Below the pieces are notes generated by a model. It worked only from the letters and a program-made list of their open reading frames with translations, did no database searches and was not told where the DNA came from. A program made the translations under genes and the position numbers. A stretch of DNA of 64,000 bases from a virus (lineage: Duplodnaviria; Caudoviricetes). The stretch lies in the IMG/VR virus record IMGVR_UViG_3300032243_000867, positions 96,001 through 160,000 of that record, one strand, 5' to 3'. This document shows, one piece after another, positions 43,282-52,611 of the stretch. Numbering within the stretch: position 1 is the stretch's first letter; every line of letters starts with the position of its first letter.

Positions 43282-43853
43282 ACGAGGGCGAGGTCAAGAT
43301 CATCTGTTTGGTGGACTCGATCCATCTCACCGACCTCGGGTTGAGACTCACTCGGGGGGCTCAAGCCACTGTCGCGATGTCTGCTGCGATGAAGTCACGG
43401 GATCTCTCGAAGGCGAAGGTAGACGGCACGGTCAGCACCCAGACCCTTCGGTCATCGGTGATTCGGGTGCAGGAACACGTCTCCTCGGACACGGTTACGT
43501 CTCAGTCCCCCCGCGCCGCCCCGCTGGACATCGCCCCCGTCCTGACGGCTCTACAAAGGCTGACGGACGAGGTTCGGGGTCTGCGATCGGACCTATCTTC
43601 CCGGCCCGTATCCCCGCCTCCTTCCGTAGACTTCTCCCCGTTGCTTCGGGCTCTGTCGGCTACCCCCCAGGCGGGCGGGGTCCCCGCCCCCGTGGCGGTT
43701 TCCCCGCCCGCCTCTCCCGAAGCGGTGTTCATCCCGTCGAACCTCACGGGGGGCGATCTGTCCGCGAAGCTCAACGTGTCGTCGGAGAGCACGGACGACC
43801 CCGGACTCGCAGACGCAATGCAAGCTCTCAAAGCGGCACGAAAGAATCGGTAG
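43278..43853 (+). CDS. Hypothetical protein with coiled coil and Pro-rich linker
   Basis: Coupled gene immediately upstream of the actin-like ATPase. Confidence 0.55.
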   Translation: MNEGEVKIICLVDSIHLTDLGLRLTRGAQATVAMSAAMKSRDLSKAKVDGTVSTQTLRSSVIRVQEHVSSDTVTSQSPRAAPLDIAPVLTALQRLTDEVRGLRSDLSSRPVSPPPSVDFSPLLRALSATPQAGGVPAPVAVSPPASPEAVFIPSNLTGGDLSAKLNVSSESTDDPGLADAMQALKAARKNR

Positions 43854-43862
43854 GGTACAAGC

Positions 43863-44870
43863 ATGGCAAAGCAGACTGAAGTTGCGCTCGGGTGTGGTCT
43901 GGACGTGGGCACCATGAATGTGGTCGCCGCGAGGAAGTCCTCGTCGGGAGTTGAAACCCGTCGCGTGCGAGACGCCTTTCTGGAGCTGCCGATTGATTCT
44001 AAGAAGATGCTCAAGCTCTCGAACGTGAGCTTTGTGGAGCGCGCCGACGAACTTCTCATCCTCGGTGACGCCGCGATGGACACGGCCAACATCTTCGGGC
44101 GCGAAGCCCGCCGTCCGTTGTCGGCGGGCTTGGTGTCCTCCTCGGACATCGACGCGATGGAGATCCTCGGGCTGCTCATCAAGAACGTCCTCGGTGAGCC
44201 CAAGGTTCCCGGCGAGCACTGCTACTTCAGCGTTCCCGCCGCTCCCGTGGACAAGCCCGGGCAGGACGTGATCTACCACCGTGGGGTGCTGGAGAAGATT
44301 GTCCGTGAGTGCGGGTACACCCCCACGGCGGGCAACGAGGCGATGGCGATTGTCTACGCCGAGACCGCCAAGGAGGGCTTCTCGGGCATCGGCATCTCGT
44401 TCGGCAGCGGAATGACGAACATCGCCCTCGCGGTGAACACCATCGAGGGGCTGTCGTTCTCCGTGGGGCGCGGCGGTGACTGGATCGACCAGGGGTCCGC
44501 AAAGGCTCTGGGGTCTACCGCGTCTCGGATGTGCGCTATCAAAGAGAAGGGTATCGCCCTCGGTGCCCCGGTGGGGCGGGAACAAGAAGCCTTGGAATTT
44601 TACTGTCGCAACTTGATCGAGTACTCCATCGACCATATCGCCCTTCAGTTCATGTCGATTCAAGGCAAGTTCACTCTCCCGAAGCCCGTGCCCATCGTGG
44701 TGTCGGGGGGTACTTCCAAGGCGGGCGGGTTCCTCGATCTGTTCAAGGCGGTGTTCGAGAAGAAGCGCAAGAAGTTCCCCATCGAGGTGAGTGAGATCCG
44801 CGCCTCTACCGACCCGCTCAACGCGGTCGCGAACGGGTTGCTCATCCAAGCGATGCAGGAGAGCGAGTGA
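43863..44870 (+). CDS. Actin-like ATPase (MreB/ParM/FtsA superfamily)
   Basis: Phosphate-1 GLDVGT, connect-1 NEAMA, phosphate-2 ISFGSGMT, adenosine VVSGGTS and connect-2 PLNAVANG. Confidence 0.85.
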   Translation: MAKQTEVALGCGLDVGTMNVVAARKSSSGVETRRVRDAFLELPIDSKKMLKLSNVSFVERADELLILGDAAMDTANIFGREARRPLSAGLVSSSDIDAMEILGLLIKNVLGEPKVPGEHCYFSVPAAPVDKPGQDVIYHRGVLEKIVRECGYTPTAGNEAMAIVYAETAKEGFSGIGISFGSGMTNIALAVNTIEGLSFSVGRGGDWIDQGSAKALGSTASRMCAIKEKGIALGAPVGREQEALEFYCRNLIEYSIDHIALQFMSIQGKFTLPKPVPIVVSGGTSKAGGFLDLFKAVFEKKRKKFPIEVSEIRASTDPLNAVANGLLIQAMQESE

Positions 44871-45136
44871 TGGAGCCCGCCCCGTGCGACTACTCGGCCC
44901 TGTCCGACCGTGGCGACACCCCCCCATGCTGGGGTGAGGTCACCCTCATCGAAGAGATTGAGATGTCGGGCGGCGATCGTGTAGCCGTATACGCTTGTGG
45001 CGGGCACCGTGGAATCCCTGAGCACGGGGGCTACCTTGAGGAAGGAGCCCCCGTACCGCCCGAGGAGGGGGAGGTGCCCGAAGAGTTAGCCGCCCTGTGG
45101 GATGCCGTTCCCAACAGTTTCTTCACCGACCTCTGA
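44867..45136 (+). CDS. Small acidic Cys/His protein
   Basis: C...PCWG...YACGGH. ATGA-coupled. Confidence 0.5.
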   Translation: MMEPAPCDYSALSDRGDTPPCWGEVTLIEEIEMSGGDRVAVYACGGHRGIPEHGGYLEEGAPVPPEEGEVPEELAALWDAVPNSFFTDL

Positions 45137-45142
45137 GGGCTC

Positions 45143-46267
45143 ATGTACTACTTTTTGACGGCTGCGGTCCAACGGCGCTTCATCCAAGAGCTCCGTAACT
45201 ACTGGGGTACTCACCCTCGGTACCAAGACCTCATTGACAACGTGCAAGGGAAGTACTCGTTCGAGCAGCGCCCGCAGTACGGAATCATCGTCAAGACGGG
45301 CAGCGCGAACAAGGTTCAGCTATCCGCCGACAACTTCATGGGCACCGTGCAGAGCTACGTCGCCCTCGCCCGCATTCCCGGTTACACGGGCCACTCCTGC
45401 GAGTGGGTGCGAGAGGACTCCCTCGCCGTCCAGTCCAACGGTGGGCGGTTTCCAACGCCCGCTGGGATCTATTACTGCGAGATGACCGAGGACGATCAGT
45501 TCTACGTCGATCCGCTGCTGGAAGTCCGCAACGAACGCCTCACGATGACGGCCCCCAGTGAAGGTGTACTTCAACAGGTTCCGTACGAGGGCTCCCTACG
45601 TCTGGTAGAGCTTCCGGGCGGGAAGCTGTACGTCGAAGGGCGGGACTACACTTTGGGAGGGGAAGAGGGGACCACCGTCTACCTTCGTTCGCCCCTCCCA
45701 ACGGGAACGGCCCTCCGGGCGAACTACCGCTATGCGGGGGAGACTACGGGTCCGTGGGAGGCGAAGTCCCTGTACGGGTACAACAAGGCCATTCCCGGCT
45801 GTGTTCTGGTGTTCGGGCGGAGGGCAAAGAAGGGTGACCGATTCGCCGTGGTGGTCACCGACGCTCGCGAAGACGCCTATCTGGAGTACGGCGGTAGGTG
45901 GGACCTCACCTTGGACATCGACATCGTGGCCCGTGACGTGTACGCGCAGCGGGAGATCGCAGACCTCACGGCGATGTTCCTGTGGGCCATCCTGCGCCCT
46001 AGCCTCATCGACGAAGGCATTGATGTCACGGAAATCTCCATGGGCGGGGAGACGGAAGAAGTGTTCGACGAGAACGCCGACGACTACTTCTACAATTCAT
46101 CCATCTCCATGACCGTCCAGACGGACTGGTTCACCTTCGTTCCGATCATCCCTCGCGTCCTCTCCATCGCTCAGACGGTAACGGGGTTGACCCAGGGGTT
46201 GCAGATCGACGCGGTGCGGGACCCGTTCTTCGGGGCTCGGTTCGCATCCTACGAGACGGTTTCCTGA
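45143..46267 (+). CDS. Putative tail completion/terminator protein
   Basis: Located upstream of the sheath. Terminal domain LDIDIVARD...READ... with an inserted beta domain. Confidence 0.55.
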   Translation: MYYFLTAAVQRRFIQELRNYWGTHPRYQDLIDNVQGKYSFEQRPQYGIIVKTGSANKVQLSADNFMGTVQSYVALARIPGYTGHSCEWVREDSLAVQSNGGRFPTPAGIYYCEMTEDDQFYVDPLLEVRNERLTMTAPSEGVLQQVPYEGSLRLVELPGGKLYVEGRDYTLGGEEGTTVYLRSPLPTGTALRANYRYAGETTGPWEAKSLYGYNKAIPGCVLVFGRRAKKGDRFAVVVTDAREDAYLEYGGRWDLTLDIDIVARDVYAQREIADLTAMFLWAILRPSLIDEGIDVTEISMGGETEEVFDENADDYFYNSSISMTVQTDWFTFVPIIPRVLSIAQTVTGLTQGLQIDAVRDPFFGARFASYETVS

Positions 46268-46698
46268 TGCCAACCTACCGCTTCCAGTGCGAGTCCTGCG
46301 GCCTGAGTTTCACGGCTCGCGGCCCCGCGGACATGGCCAGCGCCCCTTGCTCCGAGTGCGGGTATATCGTCCATCGCGCCCTTCCCAAGACGCTCTACGC
46401 CGCGACCTCTGGCGGGGGGTCGGACTTGACGAAGGACACGGGATTCTCCGGTGTGGACTACAACTTCGACCGGGCGGTGGGCGAGTCTTCCAAGAAGAAC
46501 TGGCAAGGTATCGCCAACCGGCAACGGGACAAGATCGACGTAGTTCAGTCCCACGGCGTGACGGGCTGGGATCTTTCCCGCAATCCCGACGGGACGTACC
46601 GGGTGATGACCCCGGAGGAGCGCGCGTCCAGCGAACGGTCGCGCGAGTTTCACTTCAAGGTTTTGAAGCACGGCAAAGACAAGGGCCTACTGAAGTAG
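46267..46698 (+). CDS. FmdB-family zinc ribbon protein (second paralog)
   Basis: MPTYRFQCESC...CSECG. Confidence 0.8.
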   Translation: MPTYRFQCESCGLSFTARGPADMASAPCSECGYIVHRALPKTLYAATSGGGSDLTKDTGFSGVDYNFDRAVGESSKKNWQGIANRQRDKIDVVQSHGVTGWDLSRNPDGTYRVMTPEERASSERSREFHFKVLKHGKDKGLLK

Positions 46699-46716
46699 TT
46701 TCCGGCGGTTCCCTAC

Positions 46717-46739
46717 CTATAACGGGAGCCTTCGTGTAA
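46717..46739 (+). promoter_or_regulatory. Putative phage late-promoter motif
   Basis: CTAT-N13-GTGTAA upstream of the sheath leader. Confidence 0.45.
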
Positions 46740-46823
46740 CGCCTCCTAATCTTCCGTGAGCTTTCTCGCCGGGGTGTTCTCGGCGTGTTCTTCAGCTTCG
46801 GGGGGCGGTACGCGGAGACTTTC

Positions 46824-49800
46824 ATGCCTAGCGTTCTCACGGGCGGATACGCGCCCCCCGGCGTGTACACTCAGACCTTCTTCGGCACCCCTCCTCAGAT
46901 CCCGGTCGTTCCTCCGCTGGTCCCGCTGTTCATCGGGACGGGCTCGGAGATTCTCTCCCAGACGAACCTCGCCGTGGTGCGCGGTAGTTCGGCCTCGGTC
47001 GATCAACAGATCGTCAACGAGGACGAAGCGGGCCGCGCCGTGGTGTACGTTGCTCCCAGCGGCGCGATCACCCTCGGAGCCTTCGACGGAACCGTCAACA
47101 AGTTTCAGGTCAAGAACTACCCCGTGGTCAACGGGGACGGTTCGGGCACGACAACGACGGACACCTCTTCTCTCTCCGTGACCATCAACGGCGAGCCCAC
47201 GGTTGTGCTCGGCCTCAACGGCACGACGGGCGTGGTGGAGATTTCCGACTACCCCGCCCCCACGGACCTCGTTCTCTGCACCTACTACTTCAAGCGCACG
47301 GACACGCGGGTGACCGACGACGTGTCGGCGCAGGTGACATCTACCGCTGCGATTCTCAACGGGCGCGTCGGAGAGAGCTTCACCTTCGCCTCGGGCTCCA
47401 ACCAGTTCACCCTCTCCGTGGACGGCCTCGCTTCGGTGACGGTGCCCTTTCCCGTCGGCACGTTCGCCGCTGCGGTGGTTGCGGCGACGCTGAACGGGAC
47501 GGCGGGCCTCGGTTCGCTCGTGGCCTCAACCTTCGTGAACAACCTCGGGGCGGTGTGTGTCCGTCTCTCTGCCGACAAGTCCCTCACCATCGGCAGCGGC
47601 AACGCCAACGGCGTGATCGGTTTCGTTGCAGGCGACGCGACCACCCGCAACCGCACGTTCTACACGTTCAACGGCCCCATCGTGAACGGGAACAACGGCG
47701 GTATCACCACCACCAACCCGTCAGACGTGGTGGTGAAGGTGAACGGCGTGGTTGTGACCCCCTCGTCGGTCAACGGTCGCACCCGTGCGGTGACGCTTCC
47801 CTACGCCCCGGCAAAGGGAAGCACCGTCACCATTCAGTATTACTTCAACGCATGGCAGGATACGTTCGATTACCTCGCCAACACGGGCGTGACTGCCATC
47901 ACCCGTGCAGCCGTCACCCCCAACAGCAACGGCGCGGGCGTGTACGTTCAGGGCGCGGACTACGTCCTAAAGAACGACACCATCGTCTGGGGCACTGCGG
48001 TCCTCGTCAACTCGGGCCTCCACACGGAGGGCTTCGCTACCTTCGGTAGTTCGCAAATCTCCGCTATGCTGGTGGACAACCAGGCGTTCATGGCGGAGTG
48101 TAGCGCCGTGGTGAACACGACGGGGACCGTCTCCGTCGAGTCCCGTACGCAGTTCCAGCTTCCGTACCAGCCCACGACGGGCAACGGGCGCGGCAACCCG
48201 CTCGGGAGCACCCAATACCAGATCATCTCCAACGGTCGCATCGACCTCCCTACGGACCAGCCGGAACTCGTGACGGCGTACTGGGGGTTCGGCGTCGCGG
48301 ACGCGATGGAACGCGGCCCTGTCACGGTCATCAAGGTGGATAGCGACTCCAGCACGATCACTCTCGCGGGTGAGGTGCCGGAAGGCGCGACTGTCTACGC
48401 CAGCTTCTATTACAACACCCTCACCGACCAAGCCTTCATCGGATCGTCGCGCGGATTCACCCTCACCAACGTGTCCGCGGGCACGTCGGGCGTAGGCACC
48501 TACTCGATCACCGATGGCAACAACCTCCCCGTGTACGGGGTGACGTATCTCGGCAAGGGTACTTCCCTCAACTCCATCGAAGTGGTGTTTCCCTCGGGCT
48601 CGGAGTTCCTCTCCGATGCCCGTCTGGAGAACGGCACCCCGACGCTGGAGACGGTCACGGTCGAGTTCGCCTCGACGGACGAAACCCCCGCCCGGTTCAC
48701 CCTTTCCGGCGCGGGTTCGTACAACACCATCGCGGGGGAGTCCAGCAACCTCGCGCTGAAGATCGACGGCTCGCTCCTCGCGGGCAGCGCCCTCAACCTC
48801 ACCGTGCCCTCGGGCGGCACCCGTGGCGGAGCGTTCGCCAGCATCGTCAGCGACGAGATCCCCTACACGGCGGCGTCGGGCGGCACATCCTACGTCATCA
48901 CGGCAGGGGTCAACGACACCGTGTCCCTTCTCGTGGACGGCGTGAGCCTCACGGCCACGGCGGGCGCGGGCGGCACCCAAGACGCTGCCGACTTCGTGAA
49001 CGCCATCAACGCGGAGTCGGTCGCGGGCGGCAACGAGCCCTACTTCGACTCGGCGGGCGCGTTCCCCTCGGGCTTCACCGTCACGTTGGGCCTGTACGAC
49101 CGGATCGTGTTTCGTTACACGGGCGACGTGTCGGGCTCCTCGGGTAGCCTCACGGCGACCCTCACCCCCATCCCCGGAGCGTACACGGCGGCGACTCTCG
49201 CAACGGAAGTCGAGGCCCAGCTTGCGGCGCAGATCGGGACTCTCGGCGGGGCGTTCGCGGGACTCGCGGTGGCGGTGGACGCCACGGCGACGAGCGCCCT
49301 GCGCTTCACGCTCACCAAGGCCACGGGCGATGCCTCGGGCTACTTGGAGTTCGTGACGGGGGGCACCCCGGCGCGGGACTTCTGCATCGTCGCGGGCATC
49401 AGCACGGCGGCGGCAAGCGGCGACGGGACCAAGCTCTACCACGGTCCTATCGCCGTTCACTACACGGTGACGACTGCGGCGGGCCGCATCCCCTACGACC
49501 GGATTGCCCTCCGCAACCGCATCTTCCCCGGTGCGGGCTCCCTCGCTCCGTTCAACGCCCTGTCGCAGTGCGTCCTGCAATCGCAGGGCGGCAATGGCTC
49601 GGCGCTCGCGGGTCTGCCCTCGACCCTGTCTGGCTCGGCGGCGTACACGGGCTGCGCTCTCGGCCCGAACCTCTTGGGCAACACGGGTTGGTCGGGTCAG
49701 ATCGCGGCGGCGACTTTCGGCGACGCCCGTGACGGTCAGCCCTCGGTGACTTTCTACGACGGGACGGACCCTCTCTATCCCGCCAACAACGTGTTCAAGC

Positions 49801-51773
49801 TCACGGTGAACGGCACCCTCATCACGGTGGTGTTCGCGGCCTCCGCCACGGGCACGGTGACGGCGGTGGGTCCGAACATCGCGGGCTCGGTCCTCGACGC
49901 CCTCAACACGGCGCTCGGTTCTGCCCCCGGCTCGGTGAGCGCGACCCAAGAAGGCGCGAGCATCCGCATCTACGCCTCGGGCACGGCGAACCTCTCGCAG
50001 AGCGCGGCGCTCATCGTCGGTGACGGCAACGCGAACTCGGTCCTCGGATTCTCGTCGGGCACCATCGCCTCGGTGAACCCGATCACGGCGAAGCAGCTTG
50101 CGTCGGCACTCATGTCGAACGTCAACAACACGGACTTCGTGAACTGGCTGCACGACCCCACGGTTTCCTCGACGGGGTACTTCCAAGGGGAAGCCCTCGC
50201 CAGCACGGTGACGAGCGCCACGAATCAGTCGTACCTGTACGTTCAGAGCCGCGCCAACGCAGGTCTGGGCACGGCGTCCAGCATCCAGTTCCAAGATGCC
50301 GCCGCGAGCAACGCCCTTCGCACGGGCAGCGGCCTCGGCGTGGTCGCGGGCGACGGTTCGAGCGGCGAAGCGGCCATCAACGGCTTCTTCGTCACCTCCT
50401 CCGATCCCACCTCGGGCTCGGGTAGCGCGAACACCTCGGTGTTCAACTCGGGCGTCGGTCAGGACGGCATCATCGGCCAGACCTACGTCGATGACGCGAC
50501 GGGCCTCACCTTCACGGTGCTCCCGCGTGCGGGGGGGCTCCAGTACCCCACGGGAGGGTCGGCCACCCTCACGTTCCGTTCGAGCACGACCTTCGTGACG
50601 GACGCCAACATCCCGACGCTGGCCATCCCCGGCCTTGATCTCACCGTGAGCAACACGGCGGGCGTCGCGGTGGGCGACACGGCGCTGGTGGAGACGTTCA
50701 AACGCGGTGGGGCGGAACCCGGCATCGGGGAGCTCTACTACGTCAGCTACAACTACGCCAAGACGGACTTCAGCCCCAAGCTGTTCGCCCGTCTTCAGGA
50801 CGTAGTGAACGAGTACGGGGTCGTCTCCCCCGACAACCCCCTGTCCCTCGCGGCGTACATCGCCTTCCTCAACGGGTCGTCGGTCGTCGGGTGCATCCAG
50901 GTGCCGAAGACTCCGGGTTCCGCTACGGCGAGCGAAGCCGCGTACCAAGCGGCCATCGACGTGTCCTCGGGCGAGAGCCTTCCGGGCTTTGTCGCCCCGG
51001 CGGTGCTGGTGCTTCTCACCCCGGCAACGGCGAACCTCGTGCGGTACATGACGATCCACTGCGATACGCAGTCGTCCATCCGCTTCAAGGCGGAACGCAC
51101 GGCGATCTTCGGATTCGCAGCGGGCACCCGCATTGACCAGGCCCTCACCCTCGCTCAGTCGGCGGGCGATACCCGCGTGCGCTTCGTGTACCCAGACATC
51201 GCCAGCATCTCGCTGACCGACGCGCTGGGCACGACCCGGAGCTACCTCGTGGACGGGCGCTACCTCGCGGTTGCGGTCGCTGCTTCGACGACCTCCCCGA
51301 TCATCGACCCTGCGACCCCGTGGGAGTCCCGCTCCCTCACCGGGTTCACCTCCCTCAACCGTCGCCTCGACGCGGTTCGCATGAACCAACTCGCGGTGGG
51401 CGGCATCACGGTGCTGGAGAACCGCCCGCCGTTCATCCGCATCCGTCACGGACTCACGTCCGACGTGAGCAACGTGCTCACCAAGACCCCGACCGTCATC
51501 CAGATCGCGGACGAGATTCAGAAGCGCGTTCGCGCGGTCTGCAACCCCTTCATCGGCGCGAAGTTCCTGCCCCAGCTACTGGGGCAGATCGAAGGACGCC
51601 TCTCGGAGATGTTCAAGGTGGCGGTGAACGAGCAGATCATCACCAGCTTCACGAACGTCGCGGTGACGGCGGACCCCACCGACCCCACGGCGATCCTCGT
51701 TTCTGCCTACTACCAGCCCGTTTTCCCGCTTCTCTATGTGCAGATTACCCTGCGCGTCTCCGCTTCTAGCTGA
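46824..51773 (+). CDS. Contractile tail sheath protein (very large, ~1650 aa)
   Basis: N-terminal YAPPGVYT. C-terminal sheath domain ERTAIFG...RVRFVYP...NQLAVGGITVLE...IRHGLT...DPT.ILVSAYYQPVFPLLYVQITL. SD ggag before ATG 46824. Confidence 0.9.
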   Translation: MPSVLTGGYAPPGVYTQTFFGTPPQIPVVPPLVPLFIGTGSEILSQTNLAVVRGSSASVDQQIVNEDEAGRAVVYVAPSGAITLGAFDGTVNKFQVKNYPVVNGDGSGTTTTDTSSLSVTINGEPTVVLGLNGTTGVVEISDYPAPTDLVLCTYYFKRTDTRVTDDVSAQVTSTAAILNGRVGESFTFASGSNQFTLSVDGLASVTVPFPVGTFAAAVVAATLNGTAGLGSLVASTFVNNLGAVCVRLSADKSLTIGSGNANGVIGFVAGDATTRNRTFYTFNGPIVNGNNGGITTTNPSDVVVKVNGVVVTPSSVNGRTRAVTLPYAPAKGSTVTIQYYFNAWQDTFDYLANTGVTAITRAAVTPNSNGAGVYVQGADYVLKNDTIVWGTAVLVNSGLHTEGFATFGSSQISAMLVDNQAFMAECSAVVNTTGTVSVESRTQFQLPYQPTTGNGRGNPLGSTQYQIISNGRIDLPTDQPELVTAYWGFGVADAMERGPVTVIKVDSDSSTITLAGEVPEGATVYASFYYNTLTDQAFIGSSRGFTLTNVSAGTSGVGTYSITDGNNLPVYGVTYLGKGTSLNSIEVVFPSGSEFLSDARLENGTPTLETVTVEFASTDETPARFTLSGAGSYNTIAGESSNLALKIDGSLLAGSALNLTVPSGGTRGGAFASIVSDEIPYTAASGGTSYVITAGVNDTVSLLVDGVSLTATAGAGGTQDAADFVNAINAESVAGGNEPYFDSAGAFPSGFTVTLGLYDRIVFRYTGDVSGSSGSLTATLTPIPGAYTAATLATEVEAQLAAQIGTLGGAFAGLAVAVDATATSALRFTLTKATGDASGYLEFVTGGTPARDFCIVAGISTAAASGDGTKLYHGPIAVHYTVTTAAGRIPYDRIALRNRIFPGAGSLAPFNALSQCVLQSQGGNGSALAGLPSTLSGSAAYTGCALGPNLLGNTGWSGQIAAATFGDARDGQPSVTFYDGTDPLYPANNVFKLTVNGTLITVVFAASATGTVTAVGPNIAGSVLDALNTALGSAPGSVSATQEGASIRIYASGTANLSQSAALIVGDGNANSVLGFSSGTIASVNPITAKQLASALMSNVNNTDFVNWLHDPTVSSTGYFQGEALASTVTSATNQSYLYVQSRANAGLGTASSIQFQDAAASNALRTGSGLGVVAGDGSSGEAAINGFFVTSSDPTSGSGSANTSVFNSGVGQDGIIGQTYVDDATGLTFTVLPRAGGLQYPTGGSATLTFRSSTTFVTDANIPTLAIPGLDLTVSNTAGVAVGDTALVETFKRGGAEPGIGELYYVSYNYAKTDFSPKLFARLQDVVNEYGVVSPDNPLSLAAYIAFLNGSSVVGCIQVPKTPGSATASEAAYQAAIDVSSGESLPGFVAPAVLVLLTPATANLVRYMTIHCDTQSSIRFKAERTAIFGFAAGTRIDQALTLAQSAGDTRVRFVYPDIASISLTDALGTTRSYLVDGRYLAVAVAASTTSPIIDPATPWESRSLTGFTSLNRRLDAVRMNQLAVGGITVLENRPPFIRIRHGLTSDVSNVLTKTPTVIQIADEIQKRVRAVCNPFIGAKFLPQLLGQIEGRLSEMFKVAVNEQIITSFTNVAVTADPTDPTAILVSAYYQPVFPLLYVQITLRVSASS

Positions 51774-51808
51774 GATTTCGCGGGTTTAGACCACCTCTTC
51801 GATCACGG

Positions 51809-51837
51809 TTGACGGGAGGTGGGGTTCGTAGTAATGT
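51809..51837 (+). promoter_or_regulatory. Sigma70-like promoter
   Basis: TTGACG-17 nt-TAATGT upstream of the Zn-finger ORF. Confidence 0.55.
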
Positions 51838-51851
51838 GATACCACCGAACT

Positions 51852-52607
51852 ATGAACCCCACCTGCCCCGTTTGCACGCGCACCTTCACCACCCCCCAAG
51901 GTCTGTCCCACCACTTCCAGCACCGTCGGAAGGACGGCGACGCATCCCACATCGCCTACGAGACGGCTCGGGAGGACGCCCGTTGGTCCGACCTCACGGA
52001 AGGCGCGGACTACGTTCGCTGCTTAGAGTGCGGACATCGCACGGTGACCCTAGCTCGGCATCTCAAGGGCGAGCACGGCATCACCGCCGACCAGTACCGG
52101 GCGAAGTACGGGGAGGGGGTGCCTATCCGTTGCGAGGCCCTCAAGGCAAAGCGCGGCGCGGCAATCTCGGCGCGGCCCATTACCAAGGGCGAGCAGAAGT
52201 CCGTCGTCTGCCCGACGTGCGGCGGAACGTGGGAGGGGTCCAAGTACCTCGGGACGATCCACGACCTCCGGTGTGCCCCGTGCCGGGAGCGAGATTGGGA
52301 GGGGAAGTCCGAGCCCGCCGACTTCGTAACGTGCCGGGTGTGTGGCTACCGGGCCGAGAACCTCACATCCCACGTTCAGAACGAACACCCCACCCTCATC
52401 GGCACCTACCGTGACACCTACCCCGGCGCGGAGCTCGTGGCCCTTCGCAGCCCGGTGAGGGACAAGGCGGCGATCCGTGGCGTGGCCCGAACGCTAGACG
52501 CCTTCGCGCTCTCGGCGTCTTCGCGTGACCGCCCGCCGCGTTTCCCCACCTATACCCTCGGCTACCTTGACGGGGCGTTAGCCGCCCTATCGCCCCAAGA
52601 GAGGTAG
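51852..52607 (+). CDS. Multi-Zn-finger protein (two Ros/MucR-like modules), probable endonuclease remnant
   Basis: DYVRCLECG...LARHLKGEHGITADQY and DFVTCRVCG...LTSHVQNEH. No nuclease domain is visible. Confidence 0.65.
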   Translation: MNPTCPVCTRTFTTPQGLSHHFQHRRKDGDASHIAYETAREDARWSDLTEGADYVRCLECGHRTVTLARHLKGEHGITADQYRAKYGEGVPIRCEALKAKRGAAISARPITKGEQKSVVCPTCGGTWEGSKYLGTIHDLRCAPCRERDWEGKSEPADFVTCRVCGYRAENLTSHVQNEHPTLIGTYRDTYPGAELVALRSPVRDKAAIRGVARTLDAFALSASSRDRPPRFPTYTLGYLDGALAALSPQER

Positions 52608-52611
52608 ACCT

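Noticed and set aside
46785-46823. Upstream start for the sheath (also 2071 for the protease, 804 for the head protein, 14885 for the polyprotein)
   Set aside because: Downstream ATGs fit better: they have SD-like sequences (46824, 2098, 891) or avoid overlapping the upstream gene (14954).
47967-51449. Long minus-strand ORFs (also 20830-23367, 38195-40630, 6614-8179, 783-2213)
   Set aside because: These are antisense shadows of strongly GC3-biased plus-strand genes. They are Arg/Gly/Val-rich with no motifs.
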